18,137 nucleotides of DNA from Elusimicrobiota bacterium. Lineage in GTDB: Bacteria > Elusimicrobiota > Elusimicrobia > Elusimicrobiales > UBA9959. The position numbers were made by a program, and so were the translations under genes. This document shows positions 1-7,733 of the stretch, piece by piece (positions within the stretch are counted from its first letter, which is position 1; each line of letters opens with the position of its first letter). The notes beneath the pieces are model-generated. The model saw only the letters and a list, made by a program, of their open reading frames with translations, had not been told where the DNA came from and searched no databases. Where the stretch lies: positions 1 through 18,137 of the forward strand of contig JBAXKK010000054.1 in the NCBI GenBank assembly GCA_037137395.1, read 5' to 3'.

Positions 1-148
1 TGCGACGGAGCACCGACGAGAGATCTCATGCTCATCTTACGATTAGAAAATGCTGCCAATTGTGCTGTGTGTGCCAGAGCTGCAATCAAACTGTCGAGGA
101 TTACTCGGTAGATGCCTTATGCGAGTTGGGAGAGGCCGGAAGGTGAAT

Positions 149-979
149 TCAGTCCGGCACGCTGAAGGCGGCCCAGAAATTTTGCACGTCTCCGCGCAGG
201 GTGGTTTCACAGACGGCGGCGCAGGCCTGCACCAGGTAAAGGTCATATTTCTTAACGCCGGTCTTTTGAGCCATCACTCTGAATTTGCGGCCGCGATTAA
301 GGATAACTTCATCCTCAGCCTGGTCCACGAGTATTCCCTTTTCTCCTGAGCGGGTCAGGTATAGTGTGAAGATAGCGCGCCTGGTGGGCTTCTCTTCGTT
401 CATCTCTATGGCGAAATGGCGCGCGACGCTGTAGGAAAGCGAAGTGGAAACATAACCTTTATCCACAAACTCCTCGCCCATGTAGAAGGGTTTATCGGCG
501 CGGTATCCCAGGCCGAGGCCGCGGAACAGTATGAGGTCGGCAGGAATAGCCGGCACCCGGCCAAATATATTATCTACATGCGCCACAATGGCTTTTGCGC
601 TCTCGGGACTGGTGCCGTACCAATCGTAGGGCGCCGGATAAAATCGCAGGTAGCCGTTTATCTCTTCGTAGATGCCGTCTTCCTTGCTGGTATAGTTGTT
701 CAGGTCCTCCACTTCTTCCTCGGAAGAACCGAAATAGTGAGGCGAGGGATAGCCAAGGGAGCGGTAAAGAGTTTTAAAGTTGTAGACATGAGCGCCCGCG
801 GCGGCCGGCTTGACGGTAAGCCGCGGCTGGTCTAAAGGAACGCTCTGTATGTATTCGATTAATGAAAGCCCGCCGGAAGCGCCGTCAAAAGTAATATCCG
901 CGGCCTTTGCGCTGTTAATAAATAAGGCGGCCAAGCCCGATATCAAGCCGGCGGCAAAGATCCGTTTAAATAGTTTCAC
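149..979 (-). CDS. Secreted mono-ADP-ribosyltransferase, VIP2/exotoxin-like (R-S-E clade)
   Basis: 276 aa, GTG start. Sec-type signal peptide (MKLFKRIFAAGLISGLAALFINSAKA, AxA cleavage). ART motifs in the right order: YEEINGYLR, LILFRG (Arg), GYVSTS (STS), QAEDEVIL (E-x-E). Confidence 0.88.
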   Translation of the reverse strand: MKLFKRIFAAGLISGLAALFINSAKAADITFDGASGGLSLIEYIQSVPLDQPRLTVKPAAAGAHVYNFKTLYRSLGYPSPHYFGSSEEEVEDLNNYTSKEDGIYEEINGYLRFYPAPYDWYGTSPESAKAIVAHVDNIFGRVPAIPADLILFRGLGLGYRADKPFYMGEEFVDKGYVSTSLSYSVARHFAIEMNEEKPTRRAIFTLYLTRSGEKGILVDQAEDEVILNRGRKFRVMAQKTGVKKYDLYLVQACAAVCETTLRGDVQNFWAAFSVPD

Positions 980-985
980 GGATAT

Positions 986-1028
986 ATTTTAGCTTGCGCG
1001 GGCCAAAGTCGTATGGGCCATTGGTCCC
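986..1028 (-). promoter_or_regulatory. Putative -10 element and upstream palindrome for the ART gene
   Basis: Minus-strand TAAAAT (986-991) lies 6 nt before the GTG start with no SD. Imperfect palindrome GGGCC-ATTG-GTCCC at 1015-1028. Confidence 0.45.
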
Positions 1029-1060
1029 CAAAATCTCTGTCTTTTGGCCTATCTAATACC

Positions 1061-1954
1061 TTACCCGCTGACGATCCTGTTCCGGCCATGCTCCTTGGCA
1101 TCATAGAGGCACCTGTCGGCGACGGAGATCATTGATTCGGCTGAAATGTTCGCGCTGTATTCACCGGCCGCGAAGCCCGTAACTCCGAAGCTGGCGGTGA
1201 AATGCACCGCCGAACCTTTTGCCATAACTTCCAGCCCGGAAGCGGCGACCCTTATCCTTTCTGCCAGCACTGCCGCCCCCTCCGGGCCGGTATCAGGCAG
1301 GACAAGTATAAATTCCTCGCCTCCGTATCTGGCGACCCAATCCACGTCTTCTCTGCACATGGACTTAATGGCTCGCACGAAGGCTTTCAGGACGAGATCC
1401 CCGGCCTGATGGCCGTGGGTGTCGTTGACCTTCTTGAAAAAATCAATATCAGCCATGACAAGAGAAAAAGGCTGCCCGTACCGGCCGGCCCTTTTTATCT
1501 CCTGGGGCAGCGTATCCATCAGATACCCCCTGTTCCGGCTTCCAGTAAGGGCATCGGTAGTGGCCATTATCCTGTAGCGTTCCGTGTCGGTGATGTTGCT
1601 GATGACTACTATGAGCGATCTTGTGTCCGCCTCGCCACCGGTTGTCGCGATGAGATATGAGGTTGTCACCGCCAGCGTCAGCGTACGCTGCGCGATATGG
1701 TAAGGAACGAGGGTGTGATGCGCCAGTTCCTTTTCATAGATCGCGTTAAGGACGGCCTGATTGAAGGCGTCATTGTCTTCCCCTGGGAGGAATATCTCAC
1801 CGAAGTTTCCGCCTATCACATCTTCCTTCTTGAGGCACAGGATTTCGGCGGCGGCGCTGTTGAAGGTCAGAACCTTCCCAGACGCGTCAAGGGTTATGAC
1901 GCCGTCCCTCAGGCTTTCCAGTATTCTGCCATATGTGTATTCGTCAAGAGCCAT
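1061..1954 (-). CDS. PAS-domain diguanylate cyclase (PAS-GGDEF)
   Basis: PAS signature (ILESLRDGVITLDASGKVLTFNSAAAEIL), TDALTG, DIDFFKKVNDTHGHQAGD, RYGGEEF, TASFGV, AKEHGRN. Start moved from 2149 to ATG 1954 (MALDEY) because the longer ORF overlaps the upstream gene and adds no domain. Confidence 0.93.
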   Translation of the reverse strand: MALDEYTYGRILESLRDGVITLDASGKVLTFNSAAAEILCLKKEDVIGGNFGEIFLPGEDNDAFNQAVLNAIYEKELAHHTLVPYHIAQRTLTLAVTTSYLIATTGGEADTRSLIVVISNITDTERYRIMATTDALTGSRNRGYLMDTLPQEIKRAGRYGQPFSLVMADIDFFKKVNDTHGHQAGDLVLKAFVRAIKSMCREDVDWVARYGGEEFILVLPDTGPEGAAVLAERIRVAASGLEVMAKGSAVHFTASFGVTGFAAGEYSANISAESMISVADRCLYDAKEHGRNRIVSG

Positions 1955-2097
1955 AAGCGTTTTCCTGTTTTCCGGTTTCCGCGTTTGATCCCGGTTCTTA
2001 GTATCTTGCCTTAGTATAGCGTGGAGTCTTTTTGGTTCAAATGGAGCGTCGCGCCAGCCGCGGGTATTAAGGGCAGGTTCTTCAAGATCTGTAGTGC

Positions 2098-2718
2098 CTA
2101 TGCTTTTTGCACGCCTCGCGCTTTGTAGTAGTAGAACAGGCCGCCGCACAAATCCCTGTCGCCGCCATCAAGCCTGGAGCCGCTGACCAGCCACCCGAGC
2201 CACGCCTGAGTCGCGAAGGTCTTTTCCTGGATAGGTGGAGTGTAAATTTTAAAAGTGCTGATTCCCGCTTCTTTTAAAAACTCACCGTAAGCTTTCGCCT
2301 GATTCCCAAAAGCGTAAGCCGTCAATTCTTCTTCAGCCAGTTTTAAGGATGGGATATTTAGATTGGTGACCTTGCAGGAATCCGCGAGAGCGTTTTCAAT
2401 CTGCTTTGAAGTGGGATGGAAAACATGTTTATTTTTATGGCACTCTGTCGCCTTTTCAGCGCTTTCCATTATCGGAGAATTCTTTGTAAGGAAAATGCCT
2501 TTCTGGGGCACATAGACGAAGCCTTCGCGCGTCCAGTTTCCATTCTGCGATATAACGGCGCCTTTACCCTGCTGTACCCTCAACAGGGCCATCTGCTCCA
2601 GCGAGATTATTTCATAGCGGCTCTTTTCCAGATCCCTTTTTGCGTCATCAAAAGTCGCTTCAATATAAGCTGATTTTAAAATTCCTTTTTTCACATCTTC
2701 AATTATTTGTGTTTTCAT
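2098..2718 (-). CDS. Hypothetical protein, possible DGR-target (CLec-like) protein with C-terminal variable-region-like segment
   Basis: 206 aa, AT-rich 5' codon usage. C-terminus QAWLGWLVSGSRLDGGDRDLCGGLFYYYKARGV is Gly/Asp/Tyr-rich, dominated by NNC codons and ends in an RGV motif. Function is inferred. Confidence 0.75.
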   Translation of the reverse strand: MKTQIIEDVKKGILKSAYIEATFDDAKRDLEKSRYEIISLEQMALLRVQQGKGAVISQNGNWTREGFVYVPQKGIFLTKNSPIMESAEKATECHKNKHVFHPTSKQIENALADSCKVTNLNIPSLKLAEEELTAYAFGNQAKAYGEFLKEAGISTFKIYTPPIQEKTFATQAWLGWLVSGSRLDGGDRDLCGGLFYYYKARGVQKA

Positions 2719-2783
2719 TGTTGTTAGTCTCGCTGTATTATTCTTGGCAATCTGCCTCAGGCCCGTAAAAAATCGCTTCGTGA

Positions 2784-2792
2784 ATTATATCA
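2784..2792 (-). promoter_or_regulatory. Extended -10 promoter for the 2098-2718 gene
   Basis: Minus strand reads TGaTATAAT, a perfect TGnTATAAT, about 65 nt upstream of ATG 2718. Confidence 0.6.
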
Positions 2793-2804
2793 AAATAACA
2801 TTCC

Positions 2805-4475
2805 TTATCTTCCGGCAGCCGGCGCTGGTTGTTTTCCGCGTTCCCACGCTTCTGAAGCTTTTAATGCGGCAATGGCGTCGGAATAATCCGGATTTATTTC
2901 AAGCGTCCTTTTCCATTCACTTCTGGCCTCAGCCGGCTTGCCCGCCTTATAATAGAGAAGCCCAAGATTAAAATGGGCGTTATCGTAGTTGGGATTAATC
3001 GCCAGCTCCAACTGATATTCCTTAAACGCCGCGTCCAGTTGGCCGCGCGAGGCGTAAATAAGCCCCAGGTTATTGTGGACCATTTGTTCCGTGGGATTTA
3101 AAGCCAGAGATTTCTTATAATAATTTTCCGCCAGGTCGTGTTGTCCGTTAAGATAATACATGGCCCCCAGATTTCTTTGAGCCAGCGGCGAATGGGGCGA
3201 GGCGGAGGCCGCGTTCTTCCAAAAAGACAATCTGTCCGCAAAGTTTCCCTGATAATTAAAGGTGATAACCACAAAAACGCACAGGAGCGTCAGGGTTAGA
3301 TATAGATGGGCTCTCTTTTTGAAATCAAGCGAGCTCAGCATTTTTGTTTCCGCCAGAATTATGAAAATCCCTATAATCGGCAGATACACCCGGTGCTCTA
3401 TAAAATCCGCCGTTAACTTCGTGTCCGGTCGGATAAATGACGGAAGCAAAAACGCCAGAAACCAGAGTGTTCCGAATAAAACCATTCCCTCGCTTTTCTT
3501 TCTCAGCCCTGTCGCAACCATTGCCGCCAGGCCGACCAAGGCTAAGATCCCCCACCCGAAACTTGTATCCCGCATGATAGGCAAAACGGATAAATTAAAC
3601 GGAAAAAAGACCTTCCCGATAAACTGGATAAGCGCAGGACTGTTTATTATCACCGATTTAATCATCTCCAAAGCAGTCAGCGGCAGCGGGTTATTCCCCA
3701 GCGCGGCGTGGCGCAGCCACAGCCAGATAAGTCCAGCCGCGGCGAATCCGGCCGCTATCCACCAGGGTTCTTTGCGCGCGCTTAGTGCCGCTCTTCCGTT
3801 TGTCAGTAATAAGTAAACCCCGAAGATCGCCGGGATCACTAAAGCTGTTTCCTTGGTGAAAATGGCTAAAGCGAAGAATAAAAGGCTCTTTAAAAAGGAC
3901 TTGAAATTCCGGTCCGCCCAATAGTCGATCAAGAAAATAAAGGTCGCTAAGGCAAAAATGGCAACCAAAGAATCATTGCGGCCCGGCACCCACGCCACCG
4001 CCTGCGTTAATACAGGATGAACAGAAAAAATCAGGGAGAAAAGCAGCGCCACCGCCTGCGAGTGTTTGAGCCTAAGAAAAAGTTTATAAACCAAAAAGGC
4101 GGAAAACAGGTGAAACACGATATTTGAAAAATGATACATGAATGGCGCCCCCCCGGAGATAAGGGCGTCAAACATAAAGGAGAGCGTCAGGATCGGACGG
4201 TAATAAGAAGCGGAACTGTGTAAAACATGAAAGACTTCCTGGGTGAAAGCGCGGCCGACATTGCCGATGTTTTGCAGGAAAGCCAGATTGTCCAGGATCA
4301 AAACATTATCATCAAGATAGGTAAAGCCAAAAAATAAAGCTTTGGCATAAAGCAGCAGGCATAGTAAGCCCAGAATCCCGAACACCCGCAAATCGCTTAT
4401 AGGAATCACGGAGGATACCGGCCGCGAATCTTTCCCCAGCGCCAAAGCGCGCAATCTTCTGGATTCTTTGGACAT
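2805..4475 (-). CDS. TMTC-like GT-C membrane glycosyltransferase with C-terminal TPR repeats
   Basis: 556 aa, many TM segments. First-loop FTYLDD acidic motif, YYRP, HPVLTQAVAWVPGRND, KET and EHRVYLP motifs typical of TMTC/PMT-like proteins. Three TPR units (AQRNLGAMYY, VHNNLGLIY, AHFNLGLLYY). Confidence 0.82.
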   Translation of the reverse strand: MSKESRRLRALALGKDSRPVSSVIPISDLRVFGILGLLCLLLYAKALFFGFTYLDDNVLILDNLAFLQNIGNVGRAFTQEVFHVLHSSASYYRPILTLSFMFDALISGGAPFMYHFSNIVFHLFSAFLVYKLFLRLKHSQAVALLFSLIFSVHPVLTQAVAWVPGRNDSLVAIFALATFIFLIDYWADRNFKSFLKSLLFFALAIFTKETALVIPAIFGVYLLLTNGRAALSARKEPWWIAAGFAAAGLIWLWLRHAALGNNPLPLTALEMIKSVIINSPALIQFIGKVFFPFNLSVLPIMRDTSFGWGILALVGLAAMVATGLRKKSEGMVLFGTLWFLAFLLPSFIRPDTKLTADFIEHRVYLPIIGIFIILAETKMLSSLDFKKRAHLYLTLTLLCVFVVITFNYQGNFADRLSFWKNAASASPHSPLAQRNLGAMYYLNGQHDLAENYYKKSLALNPTEQMVHNNLGLIYASRGQLDAAFKEYQLELAINPNYDNAHFNLGLLYYKAGKPAEARSEWKRTLEINPDYSDAIAALKASEAWERGKQPAPAAGR

Positions 4476-4691
4476 AATGACAAATCTTTCCCAAATAAAT
4501 GCTTTCCGTTAAGACTTAGCTATATATTTAGTGGAGTAAGTTTGCGGGCAAGACGGGATAACATAATAACCCCGGTTGAAAACTCCGCGCCATTGGTACT
4601 ATGTTATAGTAATGCCGAAGTGACTGTCAATATAAATAATATGCCCAAATCCGCTGCTAAGATAAACGTAGAATCAAGACAGATGTCGTAT

Positions 4692-4707
4692 TGGAGTGGG
4701 TGACGGG
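4692..4707 (-). other. tRNA-like 3' end fragment (T-stem 3' strand, acceptor 3' strand, U discriminator, CCA), most like tRNA-Gly
   Basis: Minus strand reads CCCGTCACCCACTCCA, one mismatch from the common tRNA-Gly ending CCCGTCACCCGCTCCA. No TTCGA T-loop and no 5' half at the expected distance. Confidence 0.55.
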
Positions 4708-4929
4708 GGATCTGGGTTAGCGAAACCGTACCGGAGTGGACTGGGCTACCAGAGGTTTGCTACGGACACTGCTTTCGCTCGGTGCTTGCATAAGCGCACC
4801 GAGCGGGTGGAGTCTTGCGACACTGGGCCCGATCCGGAAGTGCGGCCACGGTGTGGCCGACGGATGCAGTGTCCGATAGTCAAGCAAACTGCGGCAAAGT
4901 CCACTCTGGTTTCGCGTTCCAGGCCCCCG
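4704..4929 (-). ncRNA. Unidentified structured RNA or palindromic element (~225 nt)
   Basis: Nested complementary segments: 4704-4709/4924-4929, 4711-4715/4919-4923, 4720-4727/4908-4915, 4734-4742/4898-4906, 4755-4761/4883-4889, 4763-4772/4866-4875. Inner hairpins 4776-4785/4796-4805, 4832-4836/4861-4865, 4843-4849/4853-4859, plus GTC-GCAA-GAC (GNRA loop on the minus strand, 4812-4821). Confidence 0.65.
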
Positions 4930-4969
4930 GCAGGACCCGCGAACCAGTAGGCTATAAATGAATAAAAAT

Positions 4970-6031
4970 TTATTCGGCAGCTTTCGGAACAGCGTACCAG
5001 CGGCGGCCTATCCAAAGCGAGACATTCACAAGGCCTATCAGCACCGGCACTTCCACAAGCGGCCCTATGACGGCGGCGAAGGCGGCGCCGTGACCTATGC
5101 CGAAAGTGGCTATAGCGACCGCTATGGCGAGTTCGAAGTTGTTTGAAGCCGCGGTGAAGGACAGCGTGGCGGATTCCTGGTAGGACGCGCCAGCCTTTTT
5201 GCTCATATAGAAGGAAGCAAAAAACATGATCGTGAAGTAAAACAGCAGCGGTATAGCCACGCGCACAACGTCCAGCGGCACCTTAACGATGTTTTCCCCC
5301 TTAATGGAGAACATTACGATTATTGTGAAGAGAAGCGCCACCAGCGTAAGCGGGCTTATGACCGGGATAAACTTTTCAGCGTACCACTCCCGGCCCTTTG
5401 CCGCTATCAGCGAGAACCGCGTGATGATACCGGCGATAAAAGGGATCCCCAGATAGATAAAAACGCTCCTGGCTATTTCACCCATAGTGATATTTACAAC
5501 CGCGCCCTCAAGCCCCAGCCAGCGCGGCACAATAGTGATAAAGAACCAGGCGTAAACCGGGAACAGCAGCACCTGGAACACGGAATTGAAAGCCACGAGC
5601 CCCGCGCAATATTCTCTGTCGCCGCGTGCCAGATCGTTCCAGACAATAACCATGGCTATGCAGCGCGCGAGACCTATCATTATCAGGCCTACCATGTATT
5701 CCGGTTTGTCCCTGAGGAATATTATTGCCAGCGCCGTCATAAGCACAGGCCCCACCAGCCAGTTTTGGACCAGCGACAGCGCCAATACCTTTTTATTAGC
5801 GAAAACTCTGTGCATCTCTTCGTATTTAACTTTCGCGAGCGGCGGGTACATCATGAGAATCAAGCCGATAGCGATGGGGATCGAGGTCGTTCCCACGTTG
5901 GACGCCGCGTTGAAGTCCGCTACGGCTTGCGGCGCCAGCCAGCCCGCGCCCACCCCCACGGCCATGGCGGCAAATATCCATAGCGTAAGATAGCGGTCCA
6001 GAAATGAAAGTTTCTCGCTTATCGCGCTCAT
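4970..6031 (-). CDS. acr3: Acr3-family arsenite efflux transporter
   Basis: 353 aa. [35 protein letters not shown] (conserved Cys), [20 protein letters not shown]. Confidence 0.97.
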   Translation of the reverse strand: MSAISEKLSFLDRYLTLWIFAAMAVGVGAGWLAPQAVADFNAASNVGTTSIPIAIGLILMMYPPLAKVKYEEMHRVFANKKVLALSLVQNWLVGPVLMTALAIIFLRDKPEYMVGLIMIGLARCIAMVIVWNDLARGDREYCAGLVAFNSVFQVLLFPVYAWFFITIVPRWLGLEGAVVNITMGEIARSVFIYLGIPFIAGIITRFSLIAAKGREWYAEKFIPVISPLTLVALLFTIIVMFSIKGENIVKVPLDVVRVAIPLLFYFTIMFFASFYMSKKAGASYQESATLSFTAASNNFELAIAVAIATFGIGHGAAFAAVIGPLVEVPVLIGLVNVSLWIGRRWYAVPKAAE

Positions 6032-6465
6032 TTTAATTCTCCTTGATCCAGTGCTTCAGGCAGCTTTAAAATAAATTCTTTGATCTCGTCACGCACGCGT
6101 CGGTAATGGAGCAGCGCTTCTTCTTCGGTTTTGGCGCCTTTGGCCAGGAACGGCGGGTCCTCAAAACTCTTATGAAGTTTCTGTGCCTTGCCGAACCAGA
6201 CCGGGCAGGCTTCACGCGCCTTGTCGCAGACCGTCACTACCAGGTCAAAATTTATATCCTTAAATTCCGAAACATGCTTTGAGCGGTGTCCGGAAATATC
6301 AACTCCGGCTTCCGCCATCACTTTGACGGCGCGGGGGTCCACGCCGCCGGGGTTTGTTCCGGCTGAGTAGGCTGATATAATGCCAGGATGAAGTTTGTTG
6401 CACCAGCCTTCTGCCATCTGGCTGCGGCAGGAGTTACCGGTGCAGAGAAATAGTGCTTTGGTCAT
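6028..6465 (-). CDS. arsC: Thioredoxin-coupled arsenate reductase (LMW-PTP fold)
   Basis: P-loop [15 protein letters not shown], resolving cysteines [15 protein letters not shown] motif. 4-nt overlap with acr3. Confidence 0.95.
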   Translation of the reverse strand: MTKALFLCTGNSCRSQMAEGWCNKLHPGIISAYSAGTNPGGVDPRAVKVMAEAGVDISGHRSKHVSEFKDINFDLVVTVCDKAREACPVWFGKAQKLHKSFEDPPFLAKGAKTEEEALLHYRRVRDEIKEFILKLPEALDQGELK

Positions 6466-6480
6466 TTCGACTCCAAGGAT

Positions 6481-7173
6481 TTAAATTACCGCGAAAATAT
6501 ACTTAAGCCCGAGATAAACTCCGCAGGCTATAAAGGTCCAGGCGGTGACGGGTTTGGCGCAGCTTTCAAATTTATCGGCCAGGCCGGTGACGGCCGATAT
6601 TTTCTTAAGGCCGAAATCCAGCGCTACCGCCAGGGCGATAACCGGCAGGGCGGTGCCCAGTCCGTAAAGCAAAGGCAGGAAGAAGGGCGCTGAATTTTTT
6701 GCCGCCAGTGGGATTATGACGCCAAAGTAAAGAGCGGCGGAGATTGGGCAGAAGGCCAGAGCGAATATAAAACCCATTATCAAAGAAGACGCCGCTCCGC
6801 CTGTAGCTTTGAATTTTGAAAGGTCAAAAAAATTAAAGCCCATAAAACCGCGGCCGAACATGTCCAGCATGTACATCCCGGCCAGCACCAATATGGGCGA
6901 CAGCGCCTGATTGCCGTATTTTTGCATAAAGAAAGAGAAAGACGGCACGCTGAGCAGGCTTTTTACAAGCAGGAAACCGATGATGATATACGCCAGCGCG
7001 CGACCCAGGGCGTAAAGCCCGCCGTGCGCCAGCACCGCCAGGCGGCCTGAACCTGAATGTTTTGAGATATAAGTAAGAGCGGCTATATTGGTGGCCAGCG
7101 GGCAGGGGCTCACCGAGGTGATAAATCCCGCCCACAGAGCCGTCAGGGCTGCCGCCCATAATTCAGCGCTCAT
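6481..7173 (-). CDS. arsG: ArsG-family (CcdA/DsbD-like) membrane protein
   Basis: 230 aa, about 6 TM segments, SPCPLATNIAA and ALAFCPISAALYFG motifs, located in an ars operon next to ArsE/ArsF-like genes. Confidence 0.82.
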   Translation of the reverse strand: MSAELWAAALTALWAGFITSVSPCPLATNIAALTYISKHSGSGRLAVLAHGGLYALGRALAYIIIGFLLVKSLLSVPSFSFFMQKYGNQALSPILVLAGMYMLDMFGRGFMGFNFFDLSKFKATGGAASSLIMGFIFALAFCPISAALYFGVIIPLAAKNSAPFFLPLLYGLGTALPVIALAVALDFGLKKISAVTGLADKFESCAKPVTAWTFIACGVYLGLKYIFAVI

Positions 7174-7733
7174 TTCTCATCCAGCAGCTTATGTGTTTCG
7201 GCGGTAACATAATTCACAAAAGCTTCTTTGTCACCGAGAAGCTGCCAGACCTTTTCAAGTTTCACCCACTTAAGAGGTTTGTCTCCTGCGAACTTCTGCA
7301 CGACCACGGACTTGGAGTTGAGCCAGTAGTCCTGCACAAAATGGTTATTCAGCTCATCGTCCACATTTACGCCCTTAAAGGCGATCTTCCAGCCCTTATA
7401 ATCGGCTGAGAAGTTTTTCTCCACGGCCTCCCGCGTGTAAGCCTCTATGGCTTTGCAGGAAGAGCAGCGCGTATTGGTGTAGAAATAATAAACCGCGGCT
7501 GTTTTTAAACCAGTCTTTTTTACCGCTGAGGCCGGGGTTTTAATAGCGGCCGGGCCGGTGGCGGGCCGGACGGCTGCCGCCTCTGTGGGCGCGGCTTGGG
7601 TTTTGCTCTTCGCACAACAGTTAAAGCCGGCTATTTTATACACAGCTGCTCCGATACTCAGAACTACAAAACCCCAAAGCAGATATTTTAGAACGCCGTG
7701 ATCTCGGCTTGCGGATAAATCTTTAAAAGTCAT
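7170..7733 (-). CDS. arsF: ArsF-family thioredoxin-like protein with N-terminal membrane anchor
   Basis: TM segment (YLLWGFVVLSIGAAVY), Ala/Pro/Thr linker, then VYYFYTNTRCSSCKAIE (CxxC). 4-nt overlaps with both neighbours. Confidence 0.75.
   Translation of the reverse strand: MTFKDLSASRDHGVLKYLLWGFVVLSIGAAVYKIAGFNCCAKSKTQAAPTEAAAVRPATGPAAIKTPASAVKKTGLKTAAVYYFYTNTRCSSCKAIEAYTREAVEKNFSADYKGWKIAFKGVNVDDELNNHFVQDYWLNSKSVVVQKFAGDKPLKWVKLEKVWQLLGDKEAFVNYVTAETHKLLDEK

Noticed and set aside
2042..2063. Second possible tRNA-like end (minus strand ...GACGCTCCA) as a partner att site for 4692-4707
   Set aside because: Only about 5 bases are shared with the 4692 site and no T-arm is present; consistent with chance.
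1955..2149. 65-aa N-terminal extension of the GGDEF ORF
   Set aside because: Overlaps the upstream gene's 3' end, has no domain character and contains a likely -10 (TATACT, 2013-2018).
3045..3055. 11-bp inverted match (GCGCGAGGCGT) to the end of the putative DGR variable region
   Set aside because: Lies within the TPR coding sequence and does not extend, so it is not a template repeat.
4692..4941. Identification as an intact tRNA, tmRNA, SRP RNA or 6S RNA
   Set aside because: No cloverleaf or TTCGA loop; too short for tmRNA and lacks its Ala acceptor end; no SRP helix-8 motif found; the branched head and lack of a large central bubble fit 6S poorly, though only an Rfam search can exclude it.
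4696..5015. Small ORFs 4696-4950 (+) and 4746-5015 (-)
   Set aside because: They run across the GC-rich self-complementary element, lack SDs and look non-protein-like; structure explains the region better.
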